DNA of 63,176 nt, filler included, from Octopus bimaculoides (Eukaryota), in NCBI RefSeq assembly GCF_001194135.2. It is 10 parts of 8 records of this genome, joined end to end, with 100 filler letters (N's around TTAATTAATTAA, not from the genome) between each part and the next. Parts side by side here need not be neighbours in the genome. Positions count along the whole stretch, not along the records: positions 37,127 to 47,562 come from NC_068983.1; positions 47,663 to 51,052 come from NC_068991.1; 8 more parts are not named here. One strand, written 5' to 3'. This document shows, in pieces, positions 37,186 to 48,030 of this stretch. Under the pieces are notes generated by a model. It saw nothing but the letters and a program-made list of their open reading frames with translations, was not told the DNA's origin and searched no databases. Position numbers and translations under genes: made by a program. Position 1 is the stretch's first letter; every line of letters begins with the position of its first letter.

Positions 37186-38589
37186 TGAGAGAGCGTAAGA
37201 GACAGAGAACGAGAGAAATAGCCTGTGCTTGAAGAGTATTGAAAAATTATGGCTGATTAATCAGTCGGACATATCTATTCTCTTGCTTATGTATTTATTT
37301 ACTTATATATATATATATATTTGTGTATATATAATGTCGTGAATATGTGTGTCTGTAGACACACGTCCTTGTGCGATACACACGTTTGTGGACACACGTC
37401 CCTGTGTAGAACAAAATATTTATGAGTTGATATATATATATATATCTACAAAGACAATGATTCCTAACAAAGCAATATATAAGCAATAAAGCATTCCTCC
37501 CCACCATTTACTCCTCGTCCTCACCCTCTCCCCCACCTCTTCCTCCTCTTCTTTTCTCCGTCCTCCTCATTCTTTAATGGGAACAATTAACAAGAAATTA
37601 AAAGTGTTTACATTGTCACTACAGAAAACATTTACATACATCATATGTTAATTGGATTGCCTATAATATATATATATACATGCATACATACATACCTACA
37701 TACATACACACACATATACATACGTGTATTCATATATATATATATGTGTGTGTATATGTATGTATATATATATGTACATATGTATGTATATATGTATGTA
37801 TATACATATACACACGTAAATATATATTTACACACATACCACACACACAAACACATATAGATAGATAAATGGATAGATAGATGTAACGAATAACTTCCAA
37901 GATTATAAACCAGGATTCGAAGTCGAATCATCATTTTTCTACCAGTTCCTTTCCTATTGCCCCCTGCTTTTTTGCACTTACAAATTTATGAGAGTCAATT
38001 GTCACATTTCGTTAAGTTCTATTGCTTAAGTTGCCGTTCTTGGGTTAAATAGGGTCCAGGCAGATAAGAGACGGAAAATCCTTTGTCTACCCTGACCTAA
38101 TTTAGGTTGAAAAAATATAAATACAGAACCCAAAATCGGTTATACCTCTTTTGGTCATTTGGCGCCTAGACGAAGAGCATTCATATTTCTCCATTCACTT
38201 ATGGATTGTCATCGCGTGACAATACAACTTTCACGCAGTCTACTTGTCAACCCAAAGAGGTAGATTCTCTTACTCATTCTCCCTTTCTTTTTTTCCACCA
38301 GTCTTCTAGCAGTCAACAAAAGATGAATTTAACTACCCACAGAATGGATAATGAAATTGTGAACAATCATGGCATTACAACACTGAGACGTTATCTTACA
38401 TTGTAACGATAAAAATAAAGGGCCATTTCAAACAATATACCTACCCACCTACCTACCTACCTACCTACCTACCTACACATAGTATACACGCACACAACAG
38501 TGTCACACTTTGATTTTTATTCCCTTACCTGTATCTGTCTTGTTTTTTCCACATTTGAAACACGCGCACACACCATCTGTACGTATAAA

Positions 38590-38715
38590 TGCATGTATGT
38601 ATGTATATAGGCGCAGACGTGACTGTGTGTTTAGAAATTTGATTCCCAACCACATGGATTCGTGTTTAGTCCCACTGCGTGGCACTTTAGGCAAGTATCT
38701 TGGAAATGGATTTGA
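38590..38715 (+). mobile_element. SINE family C head, cut by a gap
   Basis: aggcgcagacgtgactgtgtg...cccaaccacatgg...agtcccactgcgtggcactttaggcaagt. Confidence 0.8.
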
Positions 38716-39178
38716 NNNNNNNNNNNNNNNNNNNNNNNNNNNNNNNNNNNNNNNNNNNNNNNNNNNNNNNNNNNNNNNNNNNNNNNNNNNNNNNNNNNNN
38801 NNNNNNNNNNNNNNNNNNNNNNNNNNNNNNNNNNNNNNNNNNNNNNNNNNNNNNNNNNNNNNNNNNNNNNNNNNNNNNNNNNNNNNNNNNNNNNNNNNNN
38901 NNNNNNNNNNNNNNNNNNNNNNNNNNNNNNNNNNNNNNNNNNNNNNNNNNNNNNNNNNNNNNNNNNNNNNNNNNNNNNNNNNNNNNNNNNNNNNNNNNNN
39001 NNNNNNNNNNNNNNNNNNNNNNNNNNNNNNNNNNNNNNNNNNNNNNNNNNNNNNNNNNNNNNNNNNNNNNNNNNNNNNNNNNNNNNNNNNNNNTCATAAG
39101 TTTTGGTAATATTTTTGCCCAGTTTAGCACAAAGCTTTGTTGCATATCAAGTTTCCAAATTATCTTCATGTCCCGACT

Positions 39179-39724
39179 GCGAAATTTCCTTTCCCCATGA
39201 GAGTTCCAGACCCCAGTTATGAACTCATTTGCATACAGCCAATCAAAGCTCAATTATGAAACTAATTTATGAGCGCATAACAAGTGATGGGCGATAAGAT
39301 AAGATTTGGATAAGGAATGGCCATGCTTCATTTCTCTTTTAATAATGCTTGTTGTTCTTGTTCTTGTTTCAACCATGGCTGCCTCTGCGTAGTTATTTGT
39401 GTTGTTGTTTACTTTGTAAAACCGTAAGGGGAGAGGGCTTCTAGCACATCACCCTCTACCCACATTTTTCTCATTCACATCTTTACCATATGGGGCCCTA
39501 ACAAAATCCGATAATAGGTATAGATGCAAATCTATCTAATTACTTGTCTCCTTCTAAAATCAGGCATAACTTAGCAATCGGTCGACTTACAACACCGTTC
39601 TTCGTCTTGAGTTTATTTGGTAGAGTGTGTTTGCTAACTCGACAAGGTCAACGTGAGCTCTGATTGGCTGTATGTAAATGAGTTCATAACTGAAGTCCGG
39701 AACTCTCGTGGGAAAAAATTTCGC
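39179..39724. repeat. Inverted repeat pair of about 70 bp (39179-39251, 39655-39724), MITE-like
   Basis: gagagttcc.gac..cagttatgaactcattt(g/a)catacagccaatca(a/g)agctc matches its reverse complement 400 bp downstream. Confidence 0.8.
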
Positions 39725-40676
39725 GTCCCGGCTGCATTCTGCAAACTCAGTTGTGACAAGCAGTGTTTAGTAGAATGAGTTCAAAGTGTTTCTACAGCCG
39801 TCTCCTTCAATCTGGAATAAGGAAATTTGTCATCTGAGCTTATTAGACGTATAGTAATAAGTGCTAACTACAACCAGGGCAAACCTTGCAAACGGGAGAA
39901 GTATAAAAAGGGATGGATGACAAATAGTCTAAGTAAAGGCCACTTTCTTCTATCATAGTTCAACATTACTTTTGGCTGCAGCAGTAGCAGCAAACAAAAG
40001 GGAAAAGGTGTTGTGTTGGAGGATTGCGCGGGAGATGCGCTAGAACAGCAACTCTGATTCATGGGGCTCACACTTGCGGACAACAACCTCAGCTCCGAAG
40101 GCGCTGAGCAGCGATATGGTCCGGGGGCCAAAAACACCGGTGGTCTCAACCACCATAAACCTGTCAGAGAGCGACCGATGCCATGACAGGGTGTTTTTCT
40201 TAGCCTGACTAGCAGTGGAGCCTGGGTTGGCAGCTGACTACACCGGGTTGCCGCTGGAGAAGGTGTCACGGCACGTGGCATCCGAAAGGAGGGGAGCATA
40301 GCGTCACAGAATGGGAAAATTAAAGTTACAATAGTTTGGGACTGTCATAAATGCTTCGCATAAAAAAGTCTCAAAACTTCTGGAATACACCTCGTACTTC
40401 CATATTTGCTTCGCTTTCTAAAATTGAAAGATTTATATTGAAATTGGTTTTATTGTTTGCATTAATGTTTATATTAGCTTGTGATGTATTGCATGCTTTG
40501 TATTCCTGTAGGAGACGAAACTCACATCTCCACCAACCTACCCCAACCATAAATATAAGGAGGGGGGAACTCAACGTAGACCTTTCAGTAATTAGAATCG
40601 ACATTTTATGCTGTAGTTGGTGTAACATTTGCTTTAATTGTTGTGATATATGCTTACAAACACCCATCCATACACT

Positions 40677-40708
<32 letters not shown>

Positions 40709-41630
40709 NNNNNNNNNNNNNNNNNNNNNNNNNNNNNNNNNNNNNNNNNNNNNNNNNNNNNNNNNNNNNNNNNNNNNNNNNNNNNNNNNNNNNNNNNNNN
40801 NNNNNNNNNNNNNNNNNNNNNNNNNNNNNNNNNNNNNNNNNNNNNNNNNNNNNNNNNNNNNNNNNNNNNNNNNNNNNNNNNNNNNNNNNNNNNNNNNNNN
40901 NNNNNNNNNNNNNNNNNNNNNNNNNNNNNNNNNNNNNNNNNNNNNNNNNNNNNNNNNNNNNNNNNNNNNNNNNNNNNNNNNNNNNNNNNNNNNNNNNNNN
41001 NNNNNNNNNNNNNNNNNNNNNNNNNNNNNNNNNNNNNNNNNNNNNNNNNNNNNNNNNNNNNNNNNNNNNNNNNNNNNNNNNNNNNNNNNNNNNNNNNNNN
41101 NNNNNNNNNNNNNNNNNNNNNNNNNNNNNNNNNNNNNNNNNNNNNNNNNNNNNNNNNNNNNNNNNNNNNNNNNNNNNNNNNNNNNNNNNNNNNNNNNNNN
41201 NNNNNNNNNNNNNNNNNNNNNNNNNNNNNNNNNNNNNNNNNNNNNNNNNNNNNNNNNNNNNNNNNNNNNNNNNNNNNNNNNNNNNNNNNNNNNNNNNNNN
41301 NNNNNNNNNNNNNNNNNNNNNNNNNNNNNNNNNNNNNNNNNNNNNNNNNNNNNNNNNNNNNNNNNNNNNNNNNNNNNNNNNNNNNNNNNNNNNNNNNNNN
41401 NNNNNNNNNNNNNNNNNNNNNNNNNNNNNNNNNNNNNNNNNNNNNNNNNNNNNNNNNNNNNNNNNNNNNNNNNNNNNNNNNNNNNNNNNNNNNNNNNNNN
41501 NNNNNNNNNNNNNNNNNNNNNNNNNNNNNNNNNNNNNNNNNNNNNNNNNNNNNNNNNNNNNNNNNNNNNNNNNNNNNNNNNNNNNNNNNNNNNNNNNNNN
41601 NNNNNNNNNNNNNNNNNNNNNNNNNNNNNN

Positions 41631-41669
<39 letters not shown>

Positions 41670-41835
41670 GAGTATAAACGTTTGTATATGTGAGTGCGAG
41701 CTTTCCCTCTTTTCTCCCCTCTCACGTTTTATACACACACGCACATACACACACACACGTACACACACATATACGTATGTGCATATGCATGTCTAAATAT
41801 AAAACTGAGAGTGTATGTGGTATACGCATTTCAGA

Positions 41836-41969
<134 letters not shown>

Positions 41970-42129
41970 GTGTGTGCGCTGGCGCTCGCTCGCGCGCTCG
42001 CACATGTGTACGATCCTGTGTATATATGTATTTGAGTGTTTCAGTCAATTTCTTGACGCACTTCCTGCTTCTTGCCTGAAATATTTTCTTTTCGCAGAAA
42101 AGAAGACAGATTATTTCACGAGATTACTT

Positions 42130-42440
42130 CAAGGGAAATGGAATCTGAGAAGAGCTCTGAAGTTTGACAAGACTGCTGGTGTTTGACAATTTCTCTGGTG
42201 TTTGATAATACATATATGGAGTTTAATAAGGCCTCTCGAATTTAGTAAAGTTCAGAGGCTTTTCACAAAGCCTTTGGAATTCGACAAGGTCCCGTAGAGT
42301 TTCACAAGGCTTTTGTTGCTTAACAATGCCTCAAGAGTATGACATGGTCTCTAGACTCTGGAGTCTGACAAGGCCCCTGGTGTTTCATAAAGATTTAAGA
42401 GTTTAATATAAAGGAAAGGAGTTCGAGAAGAGCTCTGAAA
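42130..42440. repeat. Degenerate minisatellite with unit of about 21 bp (tgacaaggc..ctggagtt)
   Basis: Periodic gacaag/cacaag...gag/gtg-ttt motifs. Confidence 0.65.
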
Positions 42441-43279
42441 TCTATTAAAATATATTTGCCAGAATATGATTCAAGAAAATTCGAAATCTAATCTTTGGCG
42501 ATTCGTAAGTATTGATTATAATTTCTAACTGATGCAAGACCGCGCATTTTTGGTGGGGTGGAATGTCATGGAAGACAACGAACGAATAGTTGATTATTTC
42601 GATGTTATTATACATTCTAAAACATTCCCACGTTCCAGCTGCCTCCCTGAACTCAAAAGCCAAGATGTTTCGTTGCAACTACATGAAAGGAAATTCATTT
42701 TGGCAACGTAGTCATCCCCAGACGCACAGCTGACACCATTCGGCCACAGCTGATATCGTCCCACGGGACACTTTGTATTCTTATGTGATGATCCTGATCT
42801 CAGGTGTCTCATCATGAATGTGTAGCGACCTACTGTATCACTATAAAAGAGAGAGTATTGCCATAACAGGTATTAGCGCTACGTAAATATTACTCAACCA
42901 GTTAGCACTGGCTAACTTATTATGGTTGATGTGGCGAGCTTTAAAAAAAGTGTGCCGAAAAAATTTTGCCGACGGTTCTGGAAAATGTGGCTTACAGTTA
43001 TAAAATGTAAGCAAATTCATTCTCGGACCAGAGTCACTCAGTCGTCTACATGAATCTGTTCCATTTGGCTCAGCAAGTTGGTCTCTTGCCCTCTTTCACT
43101 TTTTGTATTTAAAATGCTTATATCGCAATCAACAAAGCACCGACCTTAAATTATAGTGTCAAATCCGACAAATTGACTATATGCAATGATTTAAATTCCT
43201 TCAAATTATTTCGTCTCCAATGCCTATGCACTACTTTCATATTTCTTAGCATGTCGTGTAATTTTTTATTTTTTATATT

Positions 43280-43480
43280 TTATCTTTACTTGTTTCAGTA
43301 AGCGTCTCAAAGGATTTAGTCAAACAGATTGATACCAATACTTAGTTTTGAAATCTGGTATTTATTCTATCGGACACTTTTGCTGACCCTCAAGGTTATG
43401 GATACGTAAACAAACCAACATCGGTTGTCAAGCGATGGGGAGGACAAAGACATACAAACATATGCATGCACACACACATA
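43280..43480 (-). mobile_element. SINE family C, 3' half
   Basis: ctttacttgtttcag...cgtaaacaaaccaacatcggttgtcaagcgatgggg. Confidence 0.75.
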
Positions 43481-43649
43481 CACACATACACACATGCACA
43501 CACACACACACACATACACATGCATATGTCCATATACAAACACTCACTCGCGCGCGTGCACATACACGTGTATATATTTCATTCACAAACTTCTTCACGT
43601 ACAACATGGACTAAAATCTTAAGAAAATACGAAATTACAATAATTTCAA

Positions 43650-43682
43650 TGTCATGATTAGCGAGAGCGAAACTAGTCGGCA
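43650..43682 (+). ncRNA. Minimal hammerhead motif with A3-U8 core variant (copy 1)
   Basis: TGTC-ATGATTA-GC-GAGA-GC-GAAA-CTAGT-C-GGCA; palindromic ACTAGT helix III, GUC site. Confidence 0.65.
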
Positions 43683-44049
43683 AACACAATGCTCTTTCAC
43701 TTATAAAATATATTTAGAAATATAATAAAACTATGTAAACTGTGTGCATTTCCTTCTCTTNNNNNNNNNNNNNNNNNNNNNNNNNNNNNNNNNNNNNNNN
43801 NNNNNNNNNNNNNNNNNNNNNNNNNNNNNNNNNNNNNNNNNNNNNNNNNNNNNNNNNNNNNNNNNNNNNNNNNNNNNNNNNNNNNNNNNNNNNNNNNNNN
43901 NNNNNNNNNNNNNNNNNNNNNNNNNNNNNNNNNNNNNNNNNNNNNNNNNNNNNNNNNNNNNNNNNNNNNNNNNNNNNNNNNNNNNNNNNNNNNNNNNNNN
44001 NNNNNNNNNNNNNNNNNNNNNATATATATATATATATATATATATACAT

Positions 44050-44225
44050 ACATACAACGGGCTTGCACTCAATTTCTGTTTATCCGTCCACAAGTTCACT
44101 TACAAAGCATTGGTCGGCTCAGGGCTATAGAGGAAGACACCTGCCCACGGTGCCACTCAGTGGGATTGAACCTGGAAGCACATGACTGCAAAGTAAACTT
44201 CTTAACCACAGAGCCTTGCCTACCT
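44050..44225 (-). mobile_element. SINE family C, 5' half
   Basis: acaacgggcttg...ggtcggctcagggctatagaggaagacacctgccca...gtgggattgaacctgg. Confidence 0.75.
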
Positions 44226-44929
44226 CCTAAGAAGATACCCAACAATTATGTTTGTTGTTTCACGAATGTTGTTCCATTAAAATAATTATATGTACACATG
44301 TGTATATAAATACTGCAAATTAATAAAGCATGTGAGACTCCAAATAAATGTTAGTGTGGTCGTTGTTCTCTTCACTCGCAACCAACCTAATATCAGGAAA
44401 TACCAACGACGAATATATGATTAACAACCATAACTAAAAGCGAATGCAGTTTTCTTACCTGTTTGCGGTATATCGTCTATGACATCCGCCTGTACGTGTG
44501 ATAAAACGGTGATTAAATAATCAGATCAAATGATTCAAAAATTCAATTATGTGAAATCAGAATCGATATTAATAAGAATCATAAGACGGTGAGCTGGCTG
44601 AATCGCCAGAGAAAATGCTTAGCGGTATTTATTCTTGTGCCAGAATTTGAAGCCAATGTCAATAGGAATCAGAACAACGGTTATCACTTTTCTTCCATCG
44701 TTATCCATTTTGGTAAATCAATACCATATTTTACGACTTGGTAGATACTGCATCGTGGTAGACGTACTCTGACATTGGAAATATAATTCTGGGAGAAAAA
44801 TTGTACTTACCAGAGCCCCGACCACACGATCGGGCAGGGTTTATTACGCAACACTACGCTCACTGTTTAAACTGTCCTGACATTATTTATGCAACGTACT
44901 GTGGTGAAAGTACTACACCTGTCACAGTG

Positions 44930-45250
44930 AAGGCATGTGGTTTAGTGGTTAGAGTTTTCAGCTCACAGTCGTAAGGCTGTGAGTTTGACTCCTAGTGACA
45001 CGTTATATTCTTGAACAAGACACTTTATTTCACGTTGCCTCACTCCACTCAGCTGGCAAAACTGAGTTCTACCTGTAATTCAAAGGGTCAGCCGTGTCAC
45101 ATTCTGTGTCACGCTGAATCTCCCTGATAACTACGTTAAGGGTACGCGTGTCTGTGGAGCGCTTAGCCAATTGCACGTTAATTTCACGAACAGGCTGTTC
45201 CGTTGACCGGATCAACTGGAACCCTTGTCGTCGTAACCGAAGGAGTGCCA
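44930..45250 (+). mobile_element. SINE with a different tRNA head and CORE-like box joined to the family B 3' tail
   Basis: Head gaaggcatgtggtttagtggttag...gagtttgactcc, then ttcttgaacaagacacttt, then cctgtaattcaaagggtcagcc...ggaacccttgtcgtcgtaaccgaaggagtgcc. Confidence 0.75.
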
Positions 45251-45772
45251 TCATTACTGACACCCAAGCAGGTACCGGCAGACGACTACAACTGCTGTCA
45301 GCCACCCCTTGTGTGCGACAACACACTGCTGGGTTCTGCTCTATTGTGTGGGTGGGTCTTAACCGATTCGAAATCGTTTAGCGGCCGTTATACCATTATA
45401 TCATCAATTTGTAATAAAGAATATATAAAAGAAGTGAAAACCTTCTATCGTAGTCGCAGGCATAGCTACGTAGTTAAGAAATAGTTTTTGAGAATACAGG
45501 ATGAATATAGAATTCAAACATGAAAGATTCTTGATATCAATTTGCAATTATATGAAGGTGTTTGTGAAAATGGACATTGATAAATGAATTGGATAACTCA
45601 TGTTGTGGAGATGTTATAGAAAACGTACAGAGATATTTTCATGTTCTCGCGTCAACGAGATTAATTAGTGTTGCCAATGCTAAATGTATATGAACTGCTA
45701 AACAGACGAAGTACGAAGAAAAGTAAGTTCAATGTGCACACGTACGAGCGTACACACACGCATGTACACTCA

Positions 45773-45803
<31 letters not shown>

Positions 45804-45921
45804 CATCATTTGTATTTAAAAACAGTTTGACTCAACTTCATGTTACTTAAAATTTCGAGACAAAGTGGAAAGAATTTTTATCGTTTATTTACTCGTAAAT
45901 ACACCCCCACACACATACACA

Positions 45922-45959
<38 letters not shown>

Positions 45960-46194
45960 GCAATGGGAATCAAATAAGTCTCGGTAAATTAACTTGGAAG
46001 TATCTCTGCATATCTTTGGCTAACAGGTCAGCAAAGTACGCATATTTGCATTGTTGCATAACCATTCCACTTCATTAGATGATATATATATATATATATA
46101 GTGAGAATTTACAAAAACAAAAAAACAAAAGACGAAGACGGGTGTGTAAGCAACAAACAGATGTATTAGTTTAACGCTCGGGAAGTAAGAAAGT

Positions 46195-46226
46195 CTTTTA
46201 CGTTTCGAGCCTACGCTCTTCGACAG
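46195..46226 (-). ncRNA. Hammerhead-like motif, A6-substituted family (CUGUCGA), helix I 5' arm lost
   Basis: CTGTCGA-A-GAGC-GTAG-GCTC-GAAA-CGT-A-AAAG; flanks homologous to 56100-56220. Confidence 0.5.
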
Positions 46227-46230
46227 GTTT

Positions 46231-46261
46231 GTCGACCGGTTTCGCCTTTGTTAATCATGAC
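46231..46261 (-). ncRNA. Minimal hammerhead motif with A3-U8 core variant (copy 2)
   Basis: GTC-ATGATTA-AC-AAAG-GC-GAAA-CCGGT-C-GAC; upstream 80 bp homologous to 43578-43660. Confidence 0.6.
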
Positions 46262-46625
46262 GTTGAAATTATTGTAATTTCGTATTTTCTTAAGAATATT
46301 TTAGTCCATGTTGTGTGCGAAGAAGTTTGTGATTGAATGAACAAACAAGTAGAAAAATCTAAGGGGAGGTAATTGGCGAACGTTATTATTTGGGACAGGG
46401 GAGGTCATTGCTCATCTTTCGGGGGAGGGATGAATAAATATATATACAAAAACTCAAAAGCTAAAGTAGTGAGATAAAATATGTACAGTGATGGTTATGT
46501 GTTCATGAAATAAAATATATACTGAGACCAAAGTTGGTTATGCGTTCTGTATTTTTCGATAAATATTCTTTATTTAAACATTCTTGTACAAAAATTGTTT
46601 CTTTGCACTGGTAGATGGAGAAAAC

Positions 46626-46661
46626 TGTGAAGTTTGGTTGGATATCCAACCAAACTTCACA
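46626..46661. repeat. Perfect loopless 36-bp palindrome
   Basis: TGTGAAGTTTGGTTGGAT|ATCCAACCAAACTTCACA. Confidence 0.97.
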
Positions 46662-46664
46662 TAC

Positions 46665-47280
46665 CCCAATTTGGCACAGGAAGAATGTAAGAAATGTAGG
46701 CACGACCAGGTTGTAATAGTTTTGCACTGGAAACTGTGCGAGAAATGGGGATTTGAAGCTGGAAACATGATACAATCATCGAGTCGAAAGAATAGTTGAG
46801 TCGGGGAATTGTAAGATTTTATGGGACATTCCAATTCAAACGGACAAGAAATTAGAAAACAATAGACCAGATATTGCAATCATAAATATGGAAAAGCGAA
46901 GTTGTTTACTTATCTAACCATCATGCCCATTTGATTACAAAATCGTAAAGAAAGAAGAAGAAAAACAAAGAAAATACAATCCCTTAAAGTTTGAAATAGG
47001 AAGAATTTGGACATGAGAACAGTAAAGGTCGTGCCTATAATAATTGGTGCTTTGGGAACAGTGAGGCAAGATATAGACAAATGGCTGAAGGAGATTGAAA
47101 TAGAATGCCCGGTAGAGCGCTCCTACAGAAAGTTTGTGTCTTAGGGACAGCAAGGATTATCAGGATGGTCTTAAGCATTTGAAAGACTGCTGAAAACTTG
47201 TGAATACCTAAGGTCACAGGTAGTAACCCGCTATCCACAGGATCCCTACCAGGAATAAGACCGAACCTTAGACAAATCAA

Positions 47281-47334
<54 letters not shown>
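46665..47334 (+). mobile_element. 5'-truncated R4/Dong-like non-LTR retrotransposon (restriction-like endonuclease domain, 3' UTR, (AAT)18 tail)
   Basis: LAQEE..K.RHDQV..LHWKLC, KILWDIPIQTDKKLENNRPDI, CPFD, EEEKQRKY, VVPIIIGALG, LGTARIIR; frameshifted. Confidence 0.9.
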
Positions 47335-47337
<3 letters not shown>

Positions 47338-47562
47338 GCCATAACTGAAGACAGCCGCAGAAAGAAGAAAGGCCTCAGTATGGCCTGGGTGGACTACCAA
47401 AAGGCTTTCGACAGTGTTCCCCACACGTGGATTCTGGAAACACTAGCCATAAACAAGGTGGCACCAATTATCATAAAATACATAGAGCACTCAATGAACA
47501 AATGGCAGACAGTGCTACAGCTCCAAACAAAAGAGGGACTTGTGAAAACGAAAGCCATCCCC
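47335..47562 (+). mobile_element. Second R4/Dong-like copy, RT fragment starting directly after the (AAT)n tail
   Basis: KAITEDSRRKKKGLSMAWVDYQKAFDSVPHTWI; runs into a spacer. Confidence 0.88.
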
Positions 47563-47684
47563 NNNNNNNNNNNNNNNNNNNNNNNNNNNNNNNNNNNNNN
47601 NNNNNNTTAATTAATTAANNNNNNNNNNNNNNNNNNNNNNNNNNNNNNNNNNNNNNNNNNNNAAAAAAAAAAAAAAAAAAAAAA

Positions 47685-48030
47685 GAAAACCGAAAATTGA
47701 TGAGAAAAATATTCGACAATGTCTGGAGCAAGAAATATTTAGTTGTTCAACTCAACAAAGGTGTTGTATGTGTAATCTGCCAAACTACAATAGCCGTAAT
47801 GAAGGAATACAGCATTAAACATCATTATACAACGAAACATTCGACCATATATGATACATTGGTAGGTCAAGCTCGAGTGGACACATTGTAAGAGATGACC
47901 AAGTCGATTAAGAAGCAATAAGGAATATCTACATATCATAAGAAAGACTCTGGGTTTGTAACAAAGCTTAACTTCAAAATCTGTAAATCAATCGCAGAAA
48001 AGGGGAACCCTTCAGTGACGGAGAATTCAT
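47685..48030 (+). mobile_element. hAT (Buster/SPIN/GTF2IRD2-like) transposase N-terminal remnant with BED-type zinc finger
   Basis: FDNVWSKKY...VCVICQTTIAVMKEYSIKHHYTTKH...IAEKG.P; internal stops. Confidence 0.8.

Noticed and set aside
39868-40299. GC-richer segment with a 143-aa minus ORF
   Set aside because: No motif or splice support; may be a retroelement 5' region but cannot be assigned.
42594-42815. Cys/Trp-containing minus-strand frames
   Set aside because: Possibly a Tx1-like ORF2 C-terminal relic; stops in the likely frame, too weak to call.
44455-44870. Minus-strand AG…GTAAG micro-exon candidates (ADVIDDIPQT; SVVLRNKPCPIVWSGL)
   Set aside because: Such motifs arise by chance in AT-rich DNA; no homology or in-phase partner.
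45255-45390. PLVCDNTLLGSALLCGW…SGR, recalling the SLC22 LVCD motif
   Set aside because: Spacing to downstream motifs is wrong and there are no convincing splice sites.
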